Shown here: positions 38,011-48,264 of the stretch, piece after piece
Position numbering within the stretch: position 1 is the stretch's first letter
How the letters are laid out: the number at the start of each line of letters is the position of its first letter
Assembly: GCA_037129895.1 (NCBI GenBank)
Contig: JBAXUB010000006.1
Span: forward strand, 3,580 to 67,579
Origin: Candidatus Tayloriibacteriota bacterium
Lineage (GTDB): Bacteria; Patescibacteriota; Minisyncoccia; Phycocordibacterales; PALSA-1337
DNA: 64,000 nucleotides
Direction of reading: 5' to 3'
The notes under the pieces: model-generated
Seen by the model: the letters and a program-made list of their open reading frames with translations, nothing else
What the model was told of the DNA's origin: nothing
Databases searched by the model: none
Program-made: the position numbers and the translations under genes

Positions 38011-39207
38011 TTACTTGTACCTCAAGGCCTCTAAAGGATTCATTTTTTCAGCTCTTCGTGCCGGCCATACTCCACCGATAAGTCCGACGACGGTAGAGAT
38101 CATGATAATAAAGAAAATAAACCAGATTGGATAAGAAAACAACCTATTGTAGGATCCGCCAAATGACTGAGATAATAGATTGAAACCCCAGTTCAATGAT
38201 TCACTGGCCACAAAACCGAGCAATATTCCAGACAGGCCACCCATGAAACCTATCATGGTAGATTCCGTCAAAAAGATCCATCGGATATCCTTTGGGGATG
38301 CACCGATAGCTCTCATAATACCAATCTCATTTGTTCTCTCCAATAGCGAAATAGTCATGGTATTGATAAGTCCGATCGCGGCAACGATAAGGGCAAAGAC
38401 TCCAAATATACCCAAAGTGATCTGTATAGCGCCGAAAATCTTATTTGCTTGATCAACTGTATCTGACAATGATGAGACTAGATATCCGGCATTGATGAGT
38501 GCTTCACGAACAATCGGAATATCACTCGAGCTCAGAACCTTAACTTTCGCTAGATTGTACCTATCGATGATTATCGAGGGAAAATCCTTTGTATTCAAAT
38601 ACACTTCAGCCGTATTACCTGAGCCTTCGACTACACCTATAATCTCAAAATCATCCCCAATCGATATTTCCTCCATTATACTTGAGCCTTTCTCTTTCGG
38701 TACTAGGAATGAGAAGTTCAATTTCTTGCCGACCATTTCATCATTCTTTATATTGAACAATTGCGATACTAGTGAACTGACAACGATCTTCTTCGTGGTA
38801 TTGTCTTCAAAGAATTTACCACTCATAGGAGATTTACCATCAAGTGCAAAGAAGTCTGAATTGATCACATTGATAGAAGCTTCAGCGAATACGTTATTGT
38901 GGCTAGCTTTACCAGTGAAATTTGCTTGAGGGCTAACCTTGTCTACCCCATTTATTGTAAGAATCTTCTTTATCGCATAACTATCAAAAACAATAATGTT
39001 CGGATCCGACGGCAATATATCTAGTGACAGTAGAGCATCCTCAGTCGTTATACTTTTTAGCAAACTCGCTTGCAGTCCATAACCAAATGATACCAATGAT
39101 AGTACGACCGCTATAGCTATAGCTACACCCAAAATAGTAAAGAAAAAACGAGATTTCCGATTCTTCAGATTTTGAAGTGTTAAGTATATTAAATCAGTGA
39201 GCTTCAT
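38011..39207 (-). CDS. ABC transporter permease, MacB/FtsX family
   Basis: RFFFTILGVAIAI, periplasmic core, GLINTMTISLLERTNEIGIMRAIGA and PARRA..MNPLEALRY motifs. Confidence 0.93.
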   Translation of the reverse strand: MKLTDLIYLTLQNLKNRKSRFFFTILGVAIAIAVVLSLVSFGYGLQASLLKSITTEDALLSLDILPSDPNIIVFDSYAIKKILTINGVDKVSPQANFTGKASHNNVFAEASINVINSDFFALDGKSPMSGKFFEDNTTKKIVVSSLVSQLFNIKNDEMVGKKLNFSFLVPKEKGSSIMEEISIGDDFEIIGVVEGSGNTAEVYLNTKDFPSIIIDRYNLAKVKVLSSSDIPIVREALINAGYLVSSLSDTVDQANKIFGAIQITLGIFGVFALIVAAIGLINTMTISLLERTNEIGIMRAIGASPKDIRWIFLTESTMIGFMGGLSGILLGFVASESLNWGFNLLSQSFGGSYNRLFSYPIWFIFFIIMISTVVGLIGGVWPARRAEKMNPLEALRYK

Positions 39208-39211
39208 AATA

Positions 39212-40492
39212 TTATTTGGAAATAACCAATTCAATCTCTCTGCTAAATCGTCTCGCTGTTAATCTGTTGAGGCCCACTCCACCTAGCTTTTCTGATTCGT
39301 CCAACAATTTCAACAGTTCTTTATCAGATATATCTGCCCTAATTCTCTTACCTATGAACTTATCCAGTTTTCTAACCTGAGACAATGAGACCTTGCCACG
39401 ATACTGATCCAATAGATGTTTTCGTATTATGGAAACTTCATCGTTTACTTGTTTCGTCTCATGAGCACGCTCAGTAGTAACTATCTTCTCTACCTTTTCT
39501 ATCTCATCGGATGCTTCAAATATCGTGTTAGCAATTCTCTTTGCCTTTTGTGAATATAGTCCTGCGCCAATTTTTTCATCATCCAATATCTTTACTAATT
39601 CCTGTTTTGTAATCTTCTTGGAAATATAATCCTCAATAGATATTTCTATCTTCTGTTCAGTATCTATGTCATAAGGCATGAGCAATGTTCGCATAAGCAA
39701 TTTAGCATGAATTCTCAACCTAGAAAGATCTGGATTATTGGCCGCTAATTTATCAAATTCAGACTGCTCACCATCTTTACCAGTAAGAGTGCGTCCTTTG
39801 TTGGTGTTAACTACAACCCTTTCCAAAACACCATCCTTCAGATAAAAGACTCGATCAGCATAATGTGTATCGTTGGCATTATGTGTAACCTGGATAACAG
39901 TCTTCTTGTCTTCTCTGTTTATCTGTGCCAATAATTCCAACACGATAAATGAATTCTTCGAATCAAGGTTTCCGACGGGCTCGTCTGCAAGTATGATTTC
40001 TGGATCATTCATGAGTGCTCTGGCTATAGCAGTTCTCTGTTGCTGACCCCCAGACATCATTGATGGCTTATTGTCTGCATAAGGGGTAATTCCAAATTTA
40101 TCCATCAATAATTTGGCTCTCTTTTCCCTTTCATCGACTGGGACTCCGGAAAACATTTTTGATAGCATCATATTATCCTTGGCTGATAGATGCGGCACGA
40201 GATAGAAAGCCTGGAAAACCATACCTATAGTGTCTCGATAGAAATTTATGAGATCATTTGGTTTTATGACTTTGAGATTGTTACCACCCACTACCACTTC
40301 CCCTAGTGTGGGACTTTCCAAACCAGCAATAGTGTACAATAATGTTGATTTTCCGCATCCCGATGGTCCGAAAAAAACTATATACTCACCTTCGTATATC
40401 TCAAGGTTGATATCCTTTATAGCCGTGAACTCATTGGTCTTGCCGACATCATATCGAACGGTGACATTTTTCAATTGAATTATCGGCTTCAT
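39212..40492 (-). CDS. ABC transporter ATP-binding protein (LolD/MacB type) with a ~190-aa C-terminal extension
   Basis: Walker A GPSGCGKST, signature MSGGQQQR, Walker B ILADEP and H-loop VTH. Confidence 0.93.
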   Translation of the reverse strand: MKPIIQLKNVTVRYDVGKTNEFTAIKDINLEIYEGEYIVFFGPSGCGKSTLLYTIAGLESPTLGEVVVGGNNLKVIKPNDLINFYRDTIGMVFQAFYLVPHLSAKDNMMLSKMFSGVPVDEREKRAKLLMDKFGITPYADNKPSMMSGGQQQRTAIARALMNDPEIILADEPVGNLDSKNSFIVLELLAQINREDKKTVIQVTHNANDTHYADRVFYLKDGVLERVVVNTNKGRTLTGKDGEQSEFDKLAANNPDLSRLRIHAKLLMRTLLMPYDIDTEQKIEISIEDYISKKITKQELVKILDDEKIGAGLYSQKAKRIANTIFEASDEIEKVEKIVTTERAHETKQVNDEVSIIRKHLLDQYRGKVSLSQVRKLDKFIGKRIRADISDKELLKLLDESEKLGGVGLNRLTARRFSREIELVISK

Positions 40493-40567
40493 TTGTGGCA
40501 TTATAACATTATTAAAGTATTAATATTTATGTAATTCTCTCAATATCTAATTATGCCAACGCCAATC

Positions 40568-43500
40568 CTATTCTCCTTTCATGAAACCGAAAGTCGTATC
40601 AAGGTTTTTGAAGATAAGGTCAACAACGGATCCTTTTGGTTTTTGAGTCAATACAGTATATGGTTCTGATTTGGTAGCATTGCCTGCAGCATCACCTGAT
40701 TCAACGACGATCTTGTATATAGTGCCTGGTTTTAAAAGTGTTGTAACGATGATATGATCTCGAACCAAGTTTGTCTCAGTAGGAGTTGATTGGTCTAGAT
40801 TATCCGATGTACCCTGAGCGAACAGCACCCTAGATGTAGCTGGTTTGTCTGACTTCCATGAGATTATAGACTGTGTTGTCTCTATTCGATCTGGGATGAT
40901 AGATGATGTAATTCGCACGTTTGATATCTTGGGTGCCTCTGTTGACACTGTCGTACTGAAAGGAATTATAGATGGATTCGATGTATTACCATCATTATCT
41001 ATGGCATTCACTGTAAAGGTGTATCCCGTTGAGTAGTTTAGATTATTTGCTGTATATGTGTGCTCTTTGACAAAGCTTGGATCATCTACTTTGGTGATTT
41101 TTCCGGTTGAATTATCTTTGATTTCGATCTGACTCTTTGTTGGCAGGTCTGTCTTCCATGTTAGTGTCGCTTCACTTTCTAGTATCTTTTCAAATTTGAT
41201 ATTTGAAATATCTGGTACCAATGAAGTCGTAGTAAATGTTCGATCACTAGATAGTGAGGCTGTTCCGACCAAGCTCTGTGATCTTACTTGGTAATGATAC
41301 GTTGTGGATGGTGCTAGGTTTTGTAGTATGACCTCGTGATCAGAAGTCTTTTCATCCGGGAATCCTGCACTGATCGAGTATGAACTATCATTCTTGTAAT
41401 CAGAGGCTTTGGAATATCCCACTAAACTATTTGAAGCCTTGTCTGTGACCCAGCGTATCGTAGCTGTGTTGGCTGAGGACTCTACTTGTATGTCGGTACC
41501 GGAAATAACAGGAGAAGCAACTGCTTTTGAAGCAAGTGCTGACAATGAGGACGCTAGTTGGGATTCAGAAATATTTGATAGATTTGAGTTCTTGATCAGT
41601 CCAAATAGCATTGCCTTGATGATCGAGGCAGATGCACTCAAAGCCTTATTGTATGCACTAGTCTCCTCTGCCGTCATACTCGAGGTATCAACATCTATAG
41701 GTATGTCCTGAGACACAACACCATTGGCCAACGTTGTGAATGTAGTATCCACCCCTTCGCCTACGTTGTCATAAATATCAGTCACATAAGCCTTGAAATG
41801 ATATGTTGTAAGAGGGGTGAGGTTGTTTAGAGAGATCTGATGGGTGAGGCCGTAGACACCAGTGCGTTTTGTTTCTGATCCATATGATGTTGTCTTGCCG
41901 TACTTTACTTTTCCTGTAGCTATCTTGGAAGATTTGAATGAAATCGTTGCGGAATTACCTCCAATAGAGTCGACAACAACATTAGAAATGACAGGTACAG
42001 TCAAATCTCTATTATCCAATGCCCCCCCTCCTCCTCCACCTACATATTCAGTTTTTGTAACATATACAACGGTTGGAGCAAGTGTAGTGAATGAATATTT
42101 CTCGCCCGCCCTATCATCGATTGCTATGTTTTCTGAACGATCTCTCGAACGGACTACGAAGTAGTATGTCGTACTAGAAACAAGTCCAGTGATAGACATT
42201 GAGTGTTGAGTCTTGAACATATCCGGCTCGTTTTCTCGTATTCCTAGATCCTTCGCTATTCCCCATTCAACCTGAGAATTGGATTGTTCATCTGTAGTCC
42301 AGGTGATCGTAGCACTGCTTTCACCGATGATTGGTGTTTTTACATCACTGATGACTGGAGGGACGATGTCTCGAGTAGTGTTTACTACATAGTAATTGAT
42401 CACTCCGTCTACTACATTCTTGTCTGTAGCAACATTGCCTTCTTCATCTATTGATTTTACGTAGTAATAGTAGTTAGTTCCTTTGACTAGACCAGTTAGA
42501 GTAATACTGTGACTGGTAGTTGTGGCTACTGAAGTGACGACCTCTGGACTAGTTAAGTTACTATTTGTTGAATAGTATACTGATGAATCTGATGCTAAGT
42601 TAGTGTGCCATGTTACGGTAGCTTCAGTGTCTTGAGTGTCGGATGTTAATATTTGGGATATACTCGGTCCTGGGTTTGTGATGAATGTATATGTTTCAGC
42701 TGCCTGTTGATTGATTTGCGCTTGGGAGTCTTCTGATGTGACTAGGAAGTAGTACTGTGTACCTGGTGTGAGGTTGGAGAGGACGACAGAGTGGGAGGTT
42801 GTCATGTTGGAGACGCCAACAGATTTCGTATAGTTCGTCTTATTTGTACCAGGATATGATGTAACTGCTTCGTAGAAGACTGTTGAATCAGAAACAGTAT
42901 TGGTATTCCATGTGATCGTAGCACCCGTTGTTGTTATTGAACTAGTTGCCACGTTATCAAAAAGTATTCCATTCGTTGTAAATGTATACATCTCTCCTGT
43001 ATTATCACCAATCCCAACATTGCCTGACTTGTCTTCTGACAGTACTCTGTAGAAATATTGGGTATTCTTTTGCAGATTTGAAAGTGTAACGTAGTGGTCG
43101 GTGCTTAATCCGGTAGTCTTTGAGGTCGAGGCAGTAGGATCTTTCATTATTCCCCATTCAACCTGAGAATTGGATTGTTTATCTGTAGTCCAGGTGATCG
43201 TCGCATCGCTATCACTTATAAGTGCCGTCTCTACACCACTGATTATCGGTTTTGAAGTATCTTCAGAAGTATTGAGTGTATAATAGTTAATCGTACCGTT
43301 CACTACGTTCATGTCGGTTGCCACATTACCGTCTGCGTCAACGGATTTTACATAGTAATAGTATCTTGTACCTTTCACTAAGTTTGTCAATTTGATTCGA
43401 TGATTGGTCGATCTGGAACCAGAACCGATAATCTCCACAGAATTAGACATGTCTGTTGAAGACGAATACCATACAGATGAGTCGGCATTTGTCGATGTGT

Positions 43501-46500
43501 TCCAAGTGATAGCTGCTTCAGTGTCAAAGATTTCTGCTGTTGTTACATTAGATATTCTCGGACCTATTTCGGTTCTAAATGTATATGAGGCAGAAGATGA
43601 TTGGCCGGAATTGTTCGATGCGTCTTGTGACTCGACTAGGAAATAGTACTGGGTATCTGGTATCAATCGATCTAGAATCACTGTATGAGAGGTGAGCATC
43701 GATGGAACTCCAACTGATGCCGAATATGCACTTTTATCAGTCCCAGGATATGTAGTCGAAGCAACATAATAAATGATCGAGTTTGCATACTTGTTTGTGA
43801 TCCAGGATATATAGGCACCAGATGTTGTTGTCGTACCTATAGTTACTGTGCTCAATGATGGTAATGCTATATCACTACCACCTGTACCATCTGGACGATC
43901 GGCTGTCGATGCTGGCGAAAATAGTGATATGTTCCCATCGTTATCTTCTATTGACACTTTATATGAATATGTAGAGCTCTCAGATAGTCCGCTATCTACA
44001 ATGTAGTTCAGCATTCTATTGGTTATCGTTGTAAGTAAGCTAAAACCTCCACCGTTTACAGAACGATATACGTTATATCTCCTGAAACCTTGAGGTGGTA
44101 CAGGAGAAACAGCCCAGGCATAGAATTCACGCCATTCTAGTGTGTTAGGGTTAGATATGTCTTGGAAGAAATTACTCGCAGTTGGTATTGGCGGAGTGAC
44201 AGAGACGATTGATGATGAATTGTTTTTAGCATCTTTGAATACTGCGTATATAGTGTCACCAGAAATGACCGAGGATGTCGTTGTGGAATTGGCGTATGCG
44301 TAGTAGTTAGGTACGTCAGAAAGATCTGCTGTCTTCCCTACCTTCATCACTAATGCGGTATCGTCTGTGGCTGATAGAGTTATGAGTGCTGGTGATTGAG
44401 AAGCATCGATACTAATAGGCAAAGCACCTAGACTTGGAGTTTTTGTGTCCAAGACAAAAGCAGCAGATGTAGATGATGCTGTATTATTTGCCGCCTCTCT
44501 ATCATCCACAATTACCTTTATCTTTGCATTGGCTGCATATTGACCCGTCAATTGGTTAATGATCGTTGAAGTGGCTGTAAATGTTCTATATGTAGTAGTT
44601 GATACAGCCTTGTCACTGTAACTACTTGCTTGCATAGTCGAAGTCGTCGAAATCAAGGTATATGATGAACCTCCATCGAGAGAATAGTAGAAAGATGGTC
44701 TCAAATAGCCAGGCATCGTTGTCCCAGTATCAGTATCTGGATCACGTATGGAATAGTTGATGGTGATCGTTCCATCACTATTCTGCACAGCACCAACGCC
44801 GCCAGCTCCAGTAGTCGGGTAGTTAGGATCAAAGCCTGGAGATGCGTTTACCACATATGTTAATGTGGCACTATTCAATGTTGGAGTGGATGCTCCATCT
44901 GATATTAGGTATGCTTTGTATTGAACCCATTGGTCGTTCACGCCATCTGTCTGAGCTGCTGGTGCAGCTTCAGTTCCGTTAAGGTTTGTGTAATATGTCG
45001 TGGTTGCACCGGTTGGACCAATAAAGTTTGACCACGTGCCTGGTACACCAGCATTGTCTGGTGCAGTCCTGATCTGAAATTTAATACTCGAGCTTGATGT
45101 TGTAGCTTGTGACCATGATATGCCAGACAAGAGATTTGCTGAGCTTGATGTGTTATATGAAGATGATGTGAGTGTTGTCGACGTAGCGTATGTGGAATAT
45201 GTGATCGTGACATCATTAAGTGTTGGTGTTACTGCTGTATCTGAGGTCGAAAGTGTAGCTTGGTATTGTACATATCTATGACCATTAGTGACGCAGCTGC
45301 CAGTGCTTAGTGCCGCACCACTTGTGATGTTGGAACAACTTGCGTATGCCGTTGCACCTGCCATTGATGAGCTATTGGAAGATCTAGCTTTTATGCTTAC
45401 TGTCTGAGCACCAGTCTTCGTCCAGGATAATGTGCCCCAGTTGGCTACACTCTTACCTGCGTCTATGACGCCTGAAGTGTATGTGCCGGAAGAGGCGTAG
45501 ACTCTGGATGTGGCATTAAATCTATAGAACGCTTTTCCACCAAATCCGGGAGATGTATCACCCTGAAGGATATACAATCTAGTTCCGTTACTGTCACTGA
45601 CAACTTCTATCTGACTACCAGCGCCCAAGCCAGTAGGTAGACTTGTCAGTGTTGTCCACGAATTGCCCGTTATCGAATACCTATAGAAACCTGTACTGGA
45701 ATTACCAGGTGATGCATAAATTTCATCAGCTGAACCATCACGAAACATGATTGACCCATACATATCATTGCCTCCTGGTGCCGGAAATATCTCAGGAACA
45801 TTAGTGAGTGGTGTCCATGTATTGGACGCAATAGAATATTTCTTCAAAGATTGAGTATCGCCACCAAGTAGCATATATATCGTGTCATCAGTCCCATTCC
45901 TTATCATCCTCCCACTTTTACCCAAACTGACTGGAGACATATTACTCCAGGAATTTCCAGATATCGAATACCTAGCCAGATTACCTATTGTTGGTCTGTA
46001 AATATAATTTTCACCAGGACCTCTAATTCCATTTCCGTAAGCCTTAATCCAGCCGTCTGTCGGCGGTGTTAGCAGGGTCCAAACATTAGTTGATATTTGA
46101 TATTTGTACATCTGGTCATTTGACTCATAAATATAATCTTCTCCGTCTACATGCAGTAATACATCCGTAGGATTAGACTGAAGAGAATTTACTGCATCTG
46201 CCAACCAAGTCCATGTATTCGATGATATTGTGTAAACGAGCAAAGAAGCACCGGCTCTCAGATAAATTTTACCAGTAGTTATGTCTATAAAGGATCTTGA
46301 GCCCAAAAAATTAGTCGTTGGTATTGTTGCCAAAGCCGTCCATGTATTATCTGCGATGGTAAATTTATAGAATGTAGTTCCGTTTCCGCCCGAAAGCACG
46401 TATAACTCGTTATTATATTTATGCAGAGATGAACCCATCGAAATATTTACCGGTGAACTTGTAAGAGTTGTCCATGTGCCAACATTAGAGATACTACTCG

Positions 46501-46975
46501 TAAGTTGAATACTCGTAGCTGCAGCTGTTCCAGTAGTCTCTGTAGATGAGAAAACTTTACCGGTAAGATTAAAACCAGTTGAAGTCGTCCCATCGTCGGT
46601 CATAATATTTGTCGTTGTTGATGAAGCTATCTGTAAATCTGCTCCAGCATTAACGGCTAGTGTTGCTGCATCTTTTGCAGAATATTTAGTCCAGTTTGAT
46701 TGATTGGATGTATGATTGGGGTATGTTCCACCATCTAGTCCGCCGGACCATGTTGCTTGTGACCATGTATATGTGGCAGCTAGAGAAGTTTGATAGTCAA
46801 AATATATACTAGATCCTACAATAGATAATAGAAGTAAGAGTGCAATACCCCTTCTACCTACGATAAAATACGCCAAGTACACACATTTTCCGAGGAAATT
46901 TAACTCGTCAGTCTTCAGGACTTTTCTTATACTGTAAAAACGTTTGCGTCGCCGACGTTGTGTAAGCATTTGCAT
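40568..46975 (-). CDS. Giant membrane-anchored surface protein: Kelch-like beta-propeller plus about 10 fibronectin-III-like repeats
   Basis: N-terminal TM helix, repeated Y.I..N.WT.L propeller blades, and repeated ATITW.T...S.S.V.Y...H.V.L..L...T.YY..V.S.D..GN units. Confidence 0.85.
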   Translation of the reverse strand: MQMLTQRRRRKRFYSIRKVLKTDELNFLGKCVYLAYFIVGRRGIALLLLLSIVGSSIYFDYQTSLAATYTWSQATWSGGLDGGTYPNHTSNQSNWTKYSAKDAATLAVNAGADLQIASSTTTNIMTDDGTTSTGFNLTGKVFSSTETTGTAAATSIQLTSSISNVGTWTTLTSSPVNISMGSSLHKYNNELYVLSGGNGTTFYKFTIADNTWTALATIPTTNFLGSRSFIDITTGKIYLRAGASLLVYTISSNTWTWLADAVNSLQSNPTDVLLHVDGEDYIYESNDQMYKYQISTNVWTLLTPPTDGWIKAYGNGIRGPGENYIYRPTIGNLARYSISGNSWSNMSPVSLGKSGRMIRNGTDDTIYMLLGGDTQSLKKYSIASNTWTPLTNVPEIFPAPGGNDMYGSIMFRDGSADEIYASPGNSSTGFYRYSITGNSWTTLTSLPTGLGAGSQIEVVSDSNGTRLYILQGDTSPGFGGKAFYRFNATSRVYASSGTYTSGVIDAGKSVANWGTLSWTKTGAQTVSIKARSSNSSSMAGATAYASCSNITSGAALSTGSCVTNGHRYVQYQATLSTSDTAVTPTLNDVTITYSTYATSTTLTSSSYNTSSSANLLSGISWSQATTSSSSIKFQIRTAPDNAGVPGTWSNFIGPTGATTTYYTNLNGTEAAPAAQTDGVNDQWVQYKAYLISDGASTPTLNSATLTYVVNASPGFDPNYPTTGAGGVGAVQNSDGTITINYSIRDPDTDTGTTMPGYLRPSFYYSLDGGSSYTLISTTSTMQASSYSDKAVSTTTYRTFTATSTIINQLTGQYAANAKIKVIVDDREAANNTASSTSAAFVLDTKTPSLGALPISIDASQSPALITLSATDDTALVMKVGKTADLSDVPNYYAYANSTTTSSVISGDTIYAVFKDAKNNSSSIVSVTPPIPTASNFFQDISNPNTLEWREFYAWAVSPVPPQGFRRYNVYRSVNGGGFSLLTTITNRMLNYIVDSGLSESSTYSYKVSIEDNDGNISLFSPASTADRPDGTGGSDIALPSLSTVTIGTTTTSGAYISWITNKYANSIIYYVASTTYPGTDKSAYSASVGVPSMLTSHTVILDRLIPDTQYYFLVESQDASNNSGQSSSASYTFRTEIGPRISNVTTAEIFDTEAAITWNTSTNADSSVWYSSSTDMSNSVEIIGSGSRSTNHRIKLTNLVKGTRYYYYVKSVDADGNVATDMNVVNGTINYYTLNTSEDTSKPIISGVETALISDSDATITWTTDKQSNSQVEWGIMKDPTASTSKTTGLSTDHYVTLSNLQKNTQYFYRVLSEDKSGNVGIGDNTGEMYTFTTNGILFDNVATSSITTTGATITWNTNTVSDSTVFYEAVTSYPGTNKTNYTKSVGVSNMTTSHSVVLSNLTPGTQYYFLVTSEDSQAQINQQAAETYTFITNPGPSISQILTSDTQDTEATVTWHTNLASDSSVYYSTNSNLTSPEVVTSVATTTSHSITLTGLVKGTNYYYYVKSIDEEGNVATDKNVVDGVINYYVVNTTRDIVPPVISDVKTPIIGESSATITWTTDEQSNSQVEWGIAKDLGIRENEPDMFKTQHSMSITGLVSSTTYYFVVRSRDRSENIAIDDRAGEKYSFTTLAPTVVYVTKTEYVGGGGGGALDNRDLTVPVISNVVVDSIGGNSATISFKSSKIATGKVKYGKTTSYGSETKRTGVYGLTHQISLNNLTPLTTYHFKAYVTDIYDNVGEGVDTTFTTLANGVVSQDIPIDVDTSSMTAEETSAYNKALSASASIIKAMLFGLIKNSNLSNISESQLASSLSALASKAVASPVISGTDIQVESSANTATIRWVTDKASNSLVGYSKASDYKNDSSYSISAGFPDEKTSDHEVILQNLAPSTTYHYQVRSQSLVGTASLSSDRTFTTTSLVPDISNIKFEKILESEATLTWKTDLPTKSQIEIKDNSTGKITKVDDPSFVKEHTYTANNLNYSTGYTFTVNAIDNDGNTSNPSIIPFSTTVSTEAPKISNVRITSSIIPDRIETTQSIISWKSDKPATSRVLFAQGTSDNLDQSTPTETNLVRDHIIVTTLLKPGTIYKIVVESGDAAGNATKSEPYTVLTQKPKGSVVDLIFKNLDTTFGFMKGE

Positions 46976-47040
46976 TGAAGTATATCAAAAAAATATTGAG
47001 AATAATAGTTGAATAGGTCGGATAATTATCTTGTTTAGAT

Positions 47041-48168
47041 CTATATCTTAAACTCTATAACATCTCCATCCTTGACCACATATTCCCTACCCTCTGTACG
47101 GAGAAGTCCCTTTTCGCGAGATGCGGCGTATGAACCTGCGCCTAGCAGTTTGTCCCATTCGATGATCTCGGCACGTACGAATTTATCTTTGAAATCAGTG
47201 TGGATAGCAGTGCCCGCCTCTGGTGCGGTCCAGCCTTTCCTTATCGTCCATGCACGAGTCTCGTCAGTACCAGTTGTGAAGTAAGTTATGAGTCCAAGTA
47301 TGTTGTACCCCTTGATTATAAGTCCATTAACCCCGTCATCATGTGCTGGTAACTTTTCTCTAGTTACTGAACTCTCTATCATCATCTCGCGCATTTCCAT
47401 CTTTTCTAGGTCACTCAAGTCCTTGAGTTCCTGTTCTATACCTGCGTCAACGATGATGTGCTCAGCTTTTGTTTGTTTGAAAAATTCTATCAATTTCGTC
47501 CACCTCTCATCGCGTACCTCGTCCATATTCTTGGCGCCAGTTTTTTTGTTCAAAACATATAGAAAGGGCTTGGCAGTTATGAGGCAAAGTAGTTTCAAAT
47601 ATGGCATCTCGTACTCATCTGCTTCGACGGTTGACGCCATCTTCCCAGCTTCCAATGTCTGAACTAGCTTCTCGATCAACCCATGTTCAATGATCGCTTC
47701 CTTCTTGCCTGATTTGAAATCCTTACCTAGTGAAGTCTTGCGCTTCGATACTGTCTGAAGATCAGCTAGTACCAATTCTAGGTTGATAACCTCGATGTCC
47801 TTCAATGGGTCGATTTTTCCGTCTACGTGGATGACATTGTCATCTTCGAATATTCGTACTACTTCGGCTATAGCATCAGTTTCGCGGATATGTGAAAGGA
47901 ATTGATTGCCGAGACCCTCACCTTCTGAGGCGCCCTTCACAAGTCCAGCAATATCAGTGAATTGGACTGCGGCAGGCACAGTTTTTGCAGACAACGAGAA
48001 CTCTGAAAGCTTGGCGAGCCTATCATCTGGAACAGCAACAACTCCGACTGACGGATCGATGGTGCAGAAAGGATAGTTTTCGGCTGGCACTGATTTCTTT
48101 GTTAGCGCATTGAATAGCGTTGATTTGCCAACGTTTGGGAGTCCGACGATACCGATGGATAGGGACAT
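47041..48168 (-). CDS. ychF: Redox-regulated ATPase YchF
   Basis: GIVGLPNVGKSTLFNALT, YPFCTIDP, DIAGLVKGAS.GEGLGN and the TGS domain. Confidence 0.97.
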   Translation of the reverse strand: MSLSIGIVGLPNVGKSTLFNALTKKSVPAENYPFCTIDPSVGVVAVPDDRLAKLSEFSLSAKTVPAAVQFTDIAGLVKGASEGEGLGNQFLSHIRETDAIAEVVRIFEDDNVIHVDGKIDPLKDIEVINLELVLADLQTVSKRKTSLGKDFKSGKKEAIIEHGLIEKLVQTLEAGKMASTVEADEYEMPYLKLLCLITAKPFLYVLNKKTGAKNMDEVRDERWTKLIEFFKQTKAEHIIVDAGIEQELKDLSDLEKMEMREMMIESSVTREKLPAHDDGVNGLIIKGYNILGLITYFTTGTDETRAWTIRKGWTAPEAGTAIHTDFKDKFVRAEIIEWDKLLGAGSYAASREKGLLRTEGREYVVKDGDVIEFKI

Positions 48169-48264
48169 GAGTTAATTGTGGCTTAATTGTTACTAAAAAT
48201 CAAATATCCATTGACGAGTAGAATAAAATTTGCAAAATTCTGGACATGTGTTATAATTAAATGC

